Shown: positions 33,765 to 45,569 of the stretch, piece after piece | How the letters are laid out: every line of letters starts with the position of its first letter | Position numbering within the stretch: position 1 is the stretch's first letter | Source: Psammoneis japonica | Lineage: Eukaryota | DNA length: 64,000 nucleotides | Reading direction: 5' to 3' | Assembly (NCBI GenBank): GCA_008632985.1 | Contig: QPGO01000291.1 | Location: 1 to 64,000 of the forward strand | Notes under the pieces: generated by a model | What the model was told of the DNA's origin: nothing | Database searches by the model: none | The model's input: the letters and a program-made list of their open reading frames with translations, nothing else | Translations under genes and position numbers: made by a program

Positions 33765-34297
33765 CACGGCACGCAATGCACTTCTGCGCGTGAACTCGCA
33801 CCAAGATTGCCGTGGGATGATCCTCCCTCCACGGACCCAAAAATGGCACGACAACACTTCCGTCATTGTTTTGAAACACACTTCACCTTGAGACACACCA
33901 AGCGTGGGGGCTTGGGACGTGCAGCTCGCAGCCCGACAAAAAGCAAATGCTTCTTGCGATTGGGTTTTGACCCAACTCCCCTGGAGTCCGCTGGTCCCTG
34001 TCAACAGAGTTTTGCTTTGGGTGCTGTTGAGGAACGGAAAGCAAGTGCTTTTCGCGATCAGGTTTTGACCCCACTCTCCTGGAGTCCGCCGGTCCCTGTC
34101 AACAGAGTTTTGCTTTGGGTGCTGTTGAGGCACAGAACAGCGTTCGTGAGACGGCAACATCAACCCTGTGTGCCACGGGTTCAACCAGATGTCGCGTTTC
34201 CAAACCAAACTGTAAGTTTGCACAAAATGGGTGAGTTTACCGTCGCGCCCTCCATGCGCGCGAATTTTTCAAATGCGGCGTGCTAACTCTACCTGTG
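33765..34297 (-). mobile_element. Putative short non-autonomous derivative of the Helitron
   Basis: 34258-34297 matches 28843-28882 at 39/40 nt. 33765-33790 resembles 18896-18916. Contains a ~98-bp tandem duplication at 33939-34130. Confidence 0.5.
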
Positions 34298-34329
34298 TAT
34301 TCAGCGACAGAGAAAGCGCGCCCTCACTG

Positions 34330-34868
34330 TTCGTTTAGTCGTGGCGCCAGAACCCCGGGTGCGGCACCCGGGTTTTTATTTAATTTTTTTAATACGGAAA
34401 TTATGCATTCGACCAAGAAATTGATTTTTTCATACGGAGCACTAATATTTTCGGCTACTTTGTTCGGCATTACCAACACTCTTTCGATATAACATAACGC
34501 CACCCTCTTATACTCTGTGTAGTTCTGTAGATTTCTCAATAGAAAACCAACGGCAAAGTGTGCACTCTACAAGAGATACAGCTGTCACCAGAAATAGGGC
34601 GTGGCGCCCGGGTTTTTCATTTTTGGATATATCAACCTCATTTTGATCTTCAATTATTGAAGTAAGAGTACATATATGAGGCCCGAAATGATTGTAAACA
34701 ATCGTGTTGACATCTTATCGATTCAACGGACGCATGTGTCATTTGTCAACGGCCATTGTTCCGTATTAAAAACAGTAATTTCTTGGTCGAATGCATAATT
34801 TCCTTATTAAAAAAATTAAAAAAAACCCGGGTGCCGCACCCGGGGTTCTGGCGCCACGACTAAACGAA
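34330..34868. mobile_element. MITE/foldback element with ~110-bp terminal inverted repeats
   Basis: ttcgtttagtcgtggcgccagaaccccgggtgcggcacccggg...tgcattcgaccaagaaatt at left and its reverse complement ending at 34868. AT-rich, non-coding interior. No clear TSD. Confidence 0.85.
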
Positions 34869-35254
34869 AGTCTGTACCTGTGTACGTCCGTCTGCACTAC
34901 GTACTACGGCACTCTAGGGCCCCTACAGCGCCGTATCAAAACTTCATTAAGGGGGACCGCCGACCTATTTTTTCAGTGTTTATCCTAAAATTAGCATTGT
35001 GTTTGAATAAATTAATTTATATTTATTAATTTTAAATACAAGAATTGTTCGATCGCCCTCGAAAACGAGAACATCACTTCCTTTCTTTTCCTTCGCTCTT
35101 CTTCTTCTGGCTGGGAGGAACTGCTGGATAGCCTGGGTATTTTCAAAAATCTGCCGAAAATGTCAAAAAGCGATCTTTTGGCAACCTCCTTTTTTGATGC
35201 TCCTGTTCGGCATCACGTCTAATCATCCGAGACAACGACGCAGTAATGTAGCCG

Positions 35255-36610
35255 ATGCGAATGTTGCTACCTCAAACCTCCTTTGTATTGGTCTCCTTTC
35301 GTCGGGGTCTTTCATCCATGGCTTTGCAGCTTCAGACCACAACAGCGGAAGTTAACATTACGTCCTATCTTGATGACGTTGAAACCCACGTGCGCCTTCA
35401 AGGACCCATCATGACGAGACGATTGTCGGAACCAAACCGAAAACCCATGATTCGAGCATTACTTGGGATATCCAACAAGAGGGAATTTGATTCCGTGGTG
35501 CGTAATGCAAAAAGGGAGATTGAGTACAAAAAGCTTGAGACGTTTGCTCGAGATATCCTATCACCTGCCCTTGCCAGAGATAATAATCGATTGGACAAGG
35601 TACCAGACATGCCAGACAAAATTGCACATGCCCTTGCGCTACCTCCCTCTAGTGGTGTGGCTGCGTTTCGAAGGCTCGGCACGGGACGACTTTATCGCGG
35701 CAATACATTAGAGATGGTACAAGACGTTGCTCCAGAGATACTTCCAGAGTATCTAGATGCTACCCAAGAGCCAACAGACATGGAAGTGTTGGCCAGTGTC
35801 ATCCAGTCTCGTAAATCTACCGTTTGTAGTGATCGCATTGATGCTGCAATGCGTTGCCTTGATGAATTTCCAACTCGAGATGACTCTCCAATTACTGATT
35901 GCGATCAAGAGCAGGATGAAGGAAGCATCATCTGCTCAAGAAGCAACGGGAAAGACTGTGAGAGGTCTTGTATTGAATACCTGTCAAGTCGATTAGCAAA
36001 AGATGAGATTCTAGTACCAAACGTTTACGTTAATCACAAGTCAGCCTTGTCCCGCCCAAAATATCACAAGACGAATAGTGATCGCAGTAACTGCGTCAAT
36101 GATGGAATCATATGGACATCACTTGAACGAGCCAATTCATGTTCAGAGTTTGATGCGCTGGTGTATACAACAATTGACGGTGAAGATGTAGCCCAGATTG
36201 AAGAAATATGGGAAGCCAAGCTCAGCATAAGTCCCAGTACTCTGTGGGACGCAGTAACAAAGAAGGCATGTGCCGTTCGAGATATCATGCAAGACGACGA
36301 AGCGTATCTATCGCACGAGGGCAGGTACATGCGTATAACATCAGTCTTTGGCAGTAGTACCAGTGGCGACGAGAAGCTAGTATTTGGCATTTATGGCAAG
36401 GACTTGCTCTCTCCTCAGAATGCTGTCGGGCAAATGATATCAATGGCGGCAGCAAATGCACTTGGCAACGACGTTGATACCATAATGACCGCCATCGAAA
36501 ACGGATATGTCAAGGTGATGCGTGAAAAGGCGCTGAATACTCTCGACGTGCTACGCAAACGGCTTTGCGAGACAGAAAGGGATTTTCATATCAGTCTGCA
36601 TGCTGGTTAA
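35255..36610 (+). CDS. Hypothetical 451-aa protein with a possible organellar presequence and PD-(D/E)XK nuclease-like C-terminal domain
   Basis: Single long ORF with normal composition. GKDCE helix ... SEFDAL ... IWEAK pattern. Confidence 0.7.
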   Translation: MRMLLPQTSFVLVSFRRGLSSMALQLQTTTAEVNITSYLDDVETHVRLQGPIMTRRLSEPNRKPMIRALLGISNKREFDSVVRNAKREIEYKKLETFARDILSPALARDNNRLDKVPDMPDKIAHALALPPSSGVAAFRRLGTGRLYRGNTLEMVQDVAPEILPEYLDATQEPTDMEVLASVIQSRKSTVCSDRIDAAMRCLDEFPTRDDSPITDCDQEQDEGSIICSRSNGKDCERSCIEYLSSRLAKDEILVPNVYVNHKSALSRPKYHKTNSDRSNCVNDGIIWTSLERANSCSEFDALVYTTIDGEDVAQIEEIWEAKLSISPSTLWDAVTKKACAVRDIMQDDEAYLSHEGRYMRITSVFGSSTSGDEKLVFGIYGKDLLSPQNAVGQMISMAAANALGNDVDTIMTAIENGYVKVMREKALNTLDVLRKRLCETERDFHISLHAG

Positions 36611-37593
36611 GATTGCAATGCTTGTCACGGTTATATCTGACAATTTTTGAATTGGCTAGATACTGAGTACCTTTCACTTCTCTTGACTGGCTTTATCATT
36701 AACCTCTGCCCTGTGTTTAACTCTCTAATTTACTAATGGAATGGAATATGAACCTTGCCAGGGCAAACAACGAGACTTTTGTTCATCGACCACTTTCGAG
36801 TAGTCGAGAGGAACATTAGCTAGGAATAACGCTGTCCGAGAATCCCTACAAATCGTAATACTTAGTTGTCCACGTATGAGTGCGTTGAAAGTTCTTGATA
36901 GAACCGCGTTGAAGCAAGTACGGTGCTTACAATGACAATGAAGAATTTGAAATTCCGTGTCTACATAATGGCGGGAAAGCGTTCACAAAAATGGCAAGAG
37001 CGATTTGTGTTGGATGTTTCGTTTGAGGGCAGCAACGAACAAAAAAGTGCTTCCTTGAGCCCAAAAGCATGAGATGGAGCTTCTCATTGTAGACTCGCTG
37101 CATTGGGTAGTACCGGTATGATCATTGGTCGTTGCTACCATCGTGACGATACAATCTTTGCACCCAACAAAAATGATACCAAAAAGTGGTGCATTAAATT
37201 GGTATTCGTGTACAGCTTTCTTCAGAAAAAAATTTGTATGCAAATATACATGATTCTTTCGATACAACATGTTTATTTAAACCCAAGAATACAAATAGAA
37301 CTAAATATTCGATTGGAAGTAGTTGCTCTCATATGTCTTTGAAAATCCTTCGGGATCGAGGATCCAAAAATCAAATCGTTAACAAATGGAGGGAGCCAGC
37401 GGTGCTAATTATAATATTAAATCATTGCATATATTCATTTGCATGAGCTCAAATAGACATTATAAGAAATTAGCATTGAATATATCCTTCAACGACAGCT
37501 TTCAATTCAAACTAAGCGAAGCACATGCAAAGCGGCATGTTCGCGACATTCTGTTTCGTTTCTCACAATTTCTTGCGAGGAACAAGATGCAAG

Positions 37594-40500
37594 ATGAGAC
37601 TCTGGTCTCCTACAATACTGATATCAACCTGTCTCTTAGGATCTTCTGGCGCAGTCCCCCATGTCGGACGTAATCGAGAGGATAGCAAGAACGAGTTTCG
37701 CTATGAAGAATCCAGCTTGATCGACGAAGACGAAAGCCAGTACTGGATGCGGCTCCTTCAAATATCGAGTCAGAGTATTACGCCACCTCCCTCACCACCT
37801 CCAACACCAGATCCTACTCCATCACCCACGCCAGGACCAACGCCGTCTCCGACACCTGGGCCTACACCTGCACCAACCCCGGATCCGACACCAGGACCTA
37901 CACCTGCTCCATCGCCTGGCCCAACTCCAGCACCAACCACACCTGCTCCAACGCCGGATCCGACACCAGGACCTACACCTGCTCCTACGCCAGAGCCGAC
38001 ACCAGGGCCTACACCTGCTCCCAACCACCTGCTCCTACGCCTGAGCCGACACCAGGGCCTACACCTGCTCCAACACCAGGACCTACACCTGCTCCTACGC
38101 CTGAGCCGACGCCTGGGCCTACACCCGCTCCAACTCCAGGACCTACACCTGCTCCTACGCCTGAGACGACACCAGGGCCTACACCCGCTCCAACACCAGG
38201 ACCTACACCTGCTCCTACGCCTGGGCCTACACCCGCTCCAACACCAGGACCTACACCTGTTCCTACGCCTGAGCCGACACCAGGGCCTACACCTGCTCCA
38301 ACACCAGGACCTACACCTGCTCCTACGCCAGAGCCGACACCAGGCCCCACACCTGATCCAACACCGGGACCTACACCTGCTCCTACGCCGCAACCGACAC
38401 CAGGCCCCACACCTGATCCAACACCGGGACCTACACCTGCTCCTACGCCGCAACCGACACCAGGCCCCACACCCGCTCCAACACCAGGACCTACACCTGC
38501 TCCTACGCCTGAGCCGACACCAGGGCCTACACCTGCTCCAACACCAGGACCTACACCTGATCCTACGCCGGAGCCGACGCCTGGGCCTACACCCGCTCCA
38601 ACTCCAGGACCTACACCTGTTCCTACACCTGAGCCGACACCAGGGCCTACACCTGCTCCAACACCAGGACCTACACCTGATCCTACGCCGGAGCCGACGC
38701 CTGGGCCTACACCCGCTCCAACTCCAGTACCTACACCTGCTCCTACGCCAGAGCCTACACCAGGACCTACACCTGCTCCTACGCCTGATCCGACGCCTGG
38801 GCCTACACCCGCTCCAACTCCAGGACCTACACCTGCTCCTACGCCAGAGCCGACACCAGGCCCCACACCTGATCCAACGCCAGGACCTACACCTGTTCCC
38901 ACGCCTGAGCCGACGCCTGGGCCTACACCCGCTCCAACACCAGGACCTACACCTGTTCCTACGCCTGAGCCGACACCAGGGCCTACACCTGCTCCAACAC
39001 CAGGACCTACACCTGCTCCTACGCCTGAGCCGACGCCTGGGCCTACACCCGCTCCCACTCCAGTACCTACACCTGCTCCTACGCCAGAGCCGACACCAGG
39101 ACCTACGCCTGCGCCTACACCTGATCCAACACCTGGACCTACACCTGAGCCTACGCCTGAGCCGACCCCTGGACCTACACCCGCTCCAACACCAGGACCT
39201 ACACCTGTTCCTACGCCAGAGCCGACACCAGGGCCTACACCTGCTCCAACACCAGGACCTACACCTGCTCCTACGCCAGAGCCAACACCAGGCCCCACAC
39301 CTGATCCAACACCGGGACCTACACCTGCTCCTACGCCGCAACCGACACCAGGCCCCACACCTGCTCCAACACCAGGACCTACACCTGCTCCTACGCCAGA
39401 GCCGACACCAGGCCCCACACCTGATCCAACACCGGGACCTACACCTGCTCCTACGCCGCAACCGACACCAGGCCCCACACCTGATCCAACACCGGGACCT
39501 ACACCTGCTCCTACGCCGCAACCGACACCAGGCCCCACACCCGCTCCAACACCAGGACCTACACCTGTTCCTACGCCTGAGCCGACACCAGGGCCTACAC
39601 CTGCTCCAACACCAGGACCTACACCTGATCCTGCGCCGGAGCCGACGCCTGGGCCTACACCCGCTCCAACTCCAGTACCTACACCTGCTCCAACGCCGGA
39701 TCCGACACCAGGACCTACACCTGCTCCTACGCCAGAGCCGACACCAGGGCCTACACCTGCTCCTACGCCTGAGCCGACACCAGGGCCTACACCTGCTCCA
39801 ACACCAGGACCTACACCTGCTCCTACGCCTGAGCCGACGCCTGGGCCTACACCCGCTCCAACTCCAGTACCTACACCTGCTCCTACGCCAGAGCCGACAC
39901 CAGGACCTACGCCTGCGCCTACACCTGATCCAACTCCAGGACCCACACCTGATCCAACACCTGGACCTACACCTGATCCTACGCCTGAGCCGACCCCTGG
40001 ACCTACACCAGCTCCAACACCAGGACCTACACCTGTTCCTACGCCTGAGCCGACACCAGGGCCCACACCTGCTCCTACGCCGGAGCCGACACCTGGGCCT
40101 ACACCTGCACCGACACCACAGCCCACTGGGGAGTGCGACGTTGAAGTATGTGAAATGATATTTTGTCCTGGAAAAGGCTCTCTCGCACCAAGCTAACACA
40201 CCCCTTCTTTTTTGTTTAAACAGGTGGACATTGAGTGTGAAGTTGCGAATGAAGCCGACGACGTGGCAGCTGGTACAGACTGCGATGATATCCCTACAAT
40301 CGATGGCAACTGCGATGCAGGTAGCGAATCGCTCACGCGACTCACATTCGAGTATAACTACGCTACATGTGATGCGAGTGACAACAGTCAACAGGACGAC
40401 GGTACCTTTGATTGCGTTGATACAGGTATAAACGAAGAGTTTTGCCGTAACTCTGAGCTTGTTACTGTCACCTGCGATGGAGGCGGTTTCTCCTTTGAAG

Positions 40501-43117
40501 ACGACAGCATCCGACCAGACAGCTCGTTCCGCTTCTTTACGCTTGAGGCGAACGAGGGTGCTACGCTCCCAGAGACCATGACTTGCACTATCTCAGTCGG
40601 TAACACGTTTTGCCAAGAGGTGGTTTTTGATACTTCAGGACAGGTAGACTTGAGACTCCAAGACAAGTTTGGCAGCATTACACTAAAGAGCTGTGAAGAT
40701 GAAGACGGCAACGAGAAGGATTGCTTCTTGGATCTCAAATACACATACCCTGTTACGAATGAAGGTGAAACTACATTTGAAATTCTTGAACTTTTGCGGA
40801 CCCGCAACTCAGATACGGATGACTTGATTGACCTTGTCAATCCTACAATCCTTCAGCCGGGAGACGTTGTGAATCCTATGGAAACTCAAGTGTTGGACCG
40901 CTGCATCGAGGATTGTTACGAGACAATCATTACTGTTACGGCCGAAGACGAAGAAGGAACCATTTGCGAAGACAGCGACTCTGACGAATTCTGCATTCAA
41001 GTGCCTTGTGATGTGGACGTAAGTTGAGGGGTCAATAATTCTTTTTTTCTTTCATTGCCTGTGGACATCTCTGACCTTACCTTTATTCATTCATCAAAAA
41101 CCATTAGGTGTCATTGGATTGTATCCTTAGAGAAAGTGGTGAACCCTGCGAAGACATTACACCTCCCCCAGCGAGCTGTACCGGTGGCGAATGTATTGAT
41201 CGCTTGACCATTGCCTGGATTGATATTCTCTGTACTGAGGATGATAATGATCAACCGAACTCCCTTTGTACAGACTTCCCCGAGAATGATATTCCTGATG
41301 GTGGCTCGGCACTGATCGTTTGTCAAGATGCCACGAGGGTGTACTGCAATTGTACAGTTACTCTCGGCAATACCATCACAATTGGTGGTGTGAACGGTAC
41401 TTGTCTCCCATCGGATATCAACTGCACCATCATCGATGTGGCGTCGGGCCTTACTGCTGTCAATCAAGAGAACATCTTTGATGCATCCGGTACAAATCCA
41501 AACGCGCCCATAAGTCTCGACGACACGTTCGGTGCCTTGCAGATTAAAGGATGCAGGAGCCAGGATGGCGAAATAGATTCCCAGTGTCTTGTTGATGTTA
41601 ATTACACATACATTATCGCCAATCCGGGTAATGTTTCGTTGGATGTCACTGAGCTTGAACGTACCTGCAACGGAGAAGAGAAAGATCTTCTGCCACCTGA
41701 AGGCATTACGGTTCCTCCGAGGGAGCTACGTGGTGTCATTGAACCCGGCACGATCGACAGTTGCACGCCCCAGTGTATCAATAAGACTGCGACTGTTGTC
41801 GCTGAAGCTGATGACGGAAGCATCTGCGAAGACACTGATCGTCTTGACTTTTGCATTCCGGAGCGTCCTCCGACTCCAATGCCGACACCGGCACCCTCAA
41901 TGGCTCCGACTCCAATGCCAACACCGGCACCCTCAATGGCAGGAAAGAAGGGTTCTAAAGCTAAAGCTCCAGGTCCAGCTCCAGGTCCAGCTCCGACTCC
42001 GCCGGTGACTGTACCAACAAATACAGCGGCACCTTCAATGGCGGGGAAGAAGGGTGCCAAAACCAAAAGCAAGGCTCCTGCACCTCCGACTCCAGCAGCT
42101 CCGACTCCGCCAGTGACTGTACCAGCAAATACACTGGCACCCTCAATGGCAGGGAAGAAGGGTTCCAAAAGTAAAAGCAAGGCAGGGACACCTGATGCAC
42201 CTGATGAACCTGATGCACCTCCGACTCCAGCAAATACGCTGGCACCCTCAATGACAGGGAAGAAGGGTGCCACAAGCAAAGGTAAGGGAGGGACACCTGA
42301 TGCACCCGATGAACCTGATATAACTGCGACTCCAGCCAATACACCTGCACCCTCGATGGCAGGAAAGAGGGATGCCACAAGCAAAGGCAAGGGAGGGACA
42401 CCTGATGAACCTGATGAACCTGATGCACCTCCGACTCCAGCAAATACACTGGCACCCTCAATGGCAGGAAAGAAGGGTGGAAAAGGCAAGGGAGGGACAC
42501 CTGATGCACCCGATGAACCTGATATAACTGCGACTCCAGCCAATACACCTGCACCCTCGATGGCAGGAAAGAGGGATGCCACAAGCAAAGGCAAGGGAGG
42601 GACACCTGATGAACCTGATGAACCTGATGCACCTCCGACTCCAGCAAATACACTGGCACCCTCAATGGCAGGAAAGAAGGGTGGAAAAGGCAAGGGAGGG
42701 ACACCTGATGCACCCGATGAACCTGATATAACTGCGACTCCAGCCAATACACCTGCACCCTCGATGGCAGGAAAGAGGGATGCCACAAGCAAAGGCAAGG
42801 GAGGGACACCTGATGAACCTGATGAACCTGATGCACCTCCGACTCCAGCAAATACACTGGCACCCTCAATGGCAGGAAAGAAGGGTGGAAAAGGCAAGGG
42901 AGGGACACCTGATGCACCCGATGAACCTGATATAACTGCGACTCCAGCCAATACACCTGCACCCTCGATGGCAGGAAAGAGGGATGCCACAAGCAAAGGC
43001 AAGGGAGGGACACCTGATGAACCTGATGAACCTGATGCACCTCCGACTCCAGCAAATACACTGGCACCCTCAATGGCAGGAAAGAAGGGTGGAAAAGGCA
43101 AGGGAGGGACAAGATGA
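37594..43117 (+). CDS. Large secreted Pro/Thr-rich glycoprotein with two Cys-rich domains and Lys/Gly-rich C-terminal repeats (cell-wall/adhesion-type); exons 37594-40145, 40224-41018, 41108-43117; frameshift near 38020
   Basis: Signal peptide [23 protein letters not shown] motif, (PTPx)n tract, introns GTATGT...CAG and GTAAGT...TAG both splitting a CDV(E/D)|V motif, two homologous Cys-rich domains, SMAGKKG repeats. Confidence 0.85.
37780..40120 (+). repeat. Coding minisatellite, 12-bp unit encoding PTP[G/A/D/E/Q/V]
   Basis: cctacacctgct / ccaacaccagga / ccgacaccaggg units in higher-order arrays. Confidence 0.95.
42290..43110 (+). repeat. Coding tandem repeat, 204-bp (68-aa) unit x4, apparently identical copies
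   Basis: gggacacctgatgcacccgatgaacctgatataact at 42290, 42494, 42698 and 42902. Confidence 0.92.
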
Positions 43118-43327
43118 GCAGAGCCCCACCGTTGAATGTACGTCACAAAATCAATTTATAGGAATTAAGATGAAGTTAATCCACACACGTAAAAATTTAA
43201 CTTTGACATGGAAATCTTCTACGAGCTGATGCAAAACTGGTTCTCATAGTTTGCCATGATTGCAATCAATCTAAATGGTTGGAATGCCACAGGGCTCAAA
43301 AGGCCCAGCATTTTTCCGGGGGAGGCA

Positions 43328-43866
43328 ATGGAAGATCAATCTGAATCAAATGGCATTTAAGGCCATGTCGACAAGTTCCTGATCTGGGTTTCCTTGATTG
43401 GTGGTGGTGCTGCTTTGATTTTCATGACCGCCTTTTCCATTTAGAATATCCTGGTGATGTGCAAAGCATTGAATGCACCAATTGTTGGAGCAGAGGACAG
43501 TTTGGTCCTTGTTTTGGTGGGTGTGGTGGCACTCTCAATTCCACTGGGGTCATGTGCAGGTGCTCACATTGAAGTCAAAGTGCTGGAGAAACGCGTGTCT
43601 CCAGCCTTCGTGAAGTGGTTGATGATTTTTGTGAAGATGCTGGGCATTGCACTGCTGTTCACCATGGCCTGGTGCACCTGGCATGCCAGGCAAAGCATCA
43701 GCCATTTTGGGGAAACCACACAACAATTGTTGATTTTTGTGAGCCCTTTTGTTGTGTTCTTGCCATGTCCGCAGTGCTGCATGCATTGGCTCTGCTGATT
43801 TGCATCTGGCAGCTGCTGCACAATTGCCAGATCCCCAAAATCAGATTCAACGGCAATGCACTGTGA
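43328..43866 (+). pseudogene. dctQ: Bacterial TRAP transporter small permease, decayed
   Basis: ...KALNAPIVGAED.LVLVLVGVVALSIPLG...GAHIEV.VL...FGETTQQLLI...PF matches the DctQ layout. GGAGG lies just upstream. The stop overlaps the next start (TGATG 43864-43868). Confidence 0.8.
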
Positions 43867-45095
43867 TGAGCGGCATGACACTGACAGGTCTGCTGGGGCT
43901 GATTGTTCTGTTTCTGCTGTTGGTGCTGCACATGCCAGTTGCACTGTTGATGCTGGGCATTGGCTTCATTGGCACCATTGCCAATGCAAACAATTCATGC
44001 TGATTGGTGCGGGGCTGATCAAGCTTGGGCCTGTGGCTGGAAAGTTGCCTGCTCCAATCTTGCTGCAGAAACCTTCAATGCCAGCCATCTCCAACTTCAA
44101 TTTGCTGGTGATCTCTGTGTTTTTTTTGTTTTGATGAGCCATCTTGTTGGTGCTTTGGGCATGTCAAAAGATCTGTTTGCAGCAGCCTGCCATTGCACGG
44201 TCATGTCATCTGCTCAGAGGGCTTGCTTCCACCATGATTGCTGCCTGTTCTGGTTTTGCCACACTTTCAGGCTGCTTGCTTGCCTCTGCCATCACCACAA
44301 GCTGTGCCGTGCTGCCCAAATAAAGCAATGCAAATGTGATGATGGGCTGGCAACTGGATCGGTCACAGCCGGCAGCACACTTCTTGGCTTCCTGATCCTG
44401 CCCTCTGGTGGCATGATCATTTGTGCTGTCCTTGCCAAGCAATGAATTGGGCATCTGTTCATGGTGGGGATCATTTCAGGAGTCTTTCTGAAACTGCTTT
44501 TCACAGGTGCCATTTATCTGGTGGTCCACTGCAACCCCAAAGCTGGACCTCAAGGTGAAAAGTCAAGCTGTGAGGACTGCATGTCAGCCCTGTGGCACTC
44601 AATTCCAATCATTGCAGTTGTGCTGATCACACCATCGGTGGCATGCACACTGGCTTTCACTCCCATCGGAGCCTCCTCTGTCAGAGCTTTTTTGACATTT
44701 GTTGTTGTGCTGTTGCATCATTCACTGTCACTCAAAAAGATCCATTTTGCATTTCTTGAAACAATGAGCACCACATCAATGGTCTTCCTGATCATCATCA
44801 GCGCGTTTGTGTTTGTTCCATTCATGTCATTGACACCAAGCTGCCCAGTCAGCTTGTTTTGTTCCTGACCTTGTTGCCTGTTGGCATGGTTGGGGTGCTT
44901 TTGGTGATCATTGCAACTCATCTGTTCCTGGGCATGTTTCTGGATCGCCTTTTCCATTGTTTGGAACATCATGGTGATGTGCAAAGCATTGAATGCATGG
45001 TTGGGGTGCTTTTGGTGATCATTGCAACTTGTCTGTTCCTGGGCAAGTTTCTGGAAAGCATTGCCATGCTGGTGCTGGCCATTCCCATTGTGGCG
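43866..45095 (+). pseudogene. dctM: Bacterial TRAP transporter large permease, decayed and 3'-truncated
   Basis: LFLLLVLHMPVALLMLGIGFIG, GMSKDLFAAA, DDGLATGSVTAGSTLLGFLILPSGGMII.AVL, LFMVGIISG, FTP..ASSV, LFLGMFL/ESIAMLVL.IPI match DctM consensus segments. Confidence 0.85.
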
Positions 45096-45569
45096 TGGTG
45101 CAGTCAGTCCTCATCTTTCGAAAATGATTGTGGTCTTGGCCTTGTAAACTTAGAACTGGAAACTGCAATGTGGATTTGCTCGAAACAAACTGCAGCAATT
45201 CTGTTCTGCAAGGCAAGTCCTGTTTGAAAACCTTGCAATGACCTTTGATGCAATGTCGCCCATCACGGCATGGAGAGGCAGGAGTTCACCTGCCGAAATG
45301 GCAGACAAAGTCAACAACACGAAAAAACATTCTTCATTCCAGACACTCATGCAAAGGTGGAAGATGCTCTTCTGGAAGATTGAAACACACACAAGCAAGC
45401 ATGAGCCACATGAGCCATTTGGTCTTCCTCTTCAGGAAAATGCATTGGAAGCTCACTGAGTGGAAGCCCGGGTTGCAACATGAACAAGCAATCACACTCT
45501 TCTTCATCGGGAATGTGAAGACTTGGCAGGCATCCACTTGCGCTTGTAGAGGCAGTCTCCGCTGAAATG

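Noticed and set aside
2365..34297. Alternative genetic code explaining Tyr->Cys/His
   Set aside because: Host genes use TAY for conserved Tyr normally, and the same TE site is TGT in one copy and CAT in another.
37770..43146. Long ORFs 37770-40391(-), 38009-40126(-), 41602-43146(-) and the His/Leu/Arg-rich frame of 37525-40158
   Set aside because: These are shadow frames of the Pro/Thr repeats. The signal peptide and splice sites support the PTP frame on the plus strand.
43328..45095. Bacterial contaminant contig or functional TRAP transporter
   Set aside because: Multiple frameshifts and stops, no dctP recognised, and the same mutational signature as neighbouring TEs. Read-level confirmation is still needed.
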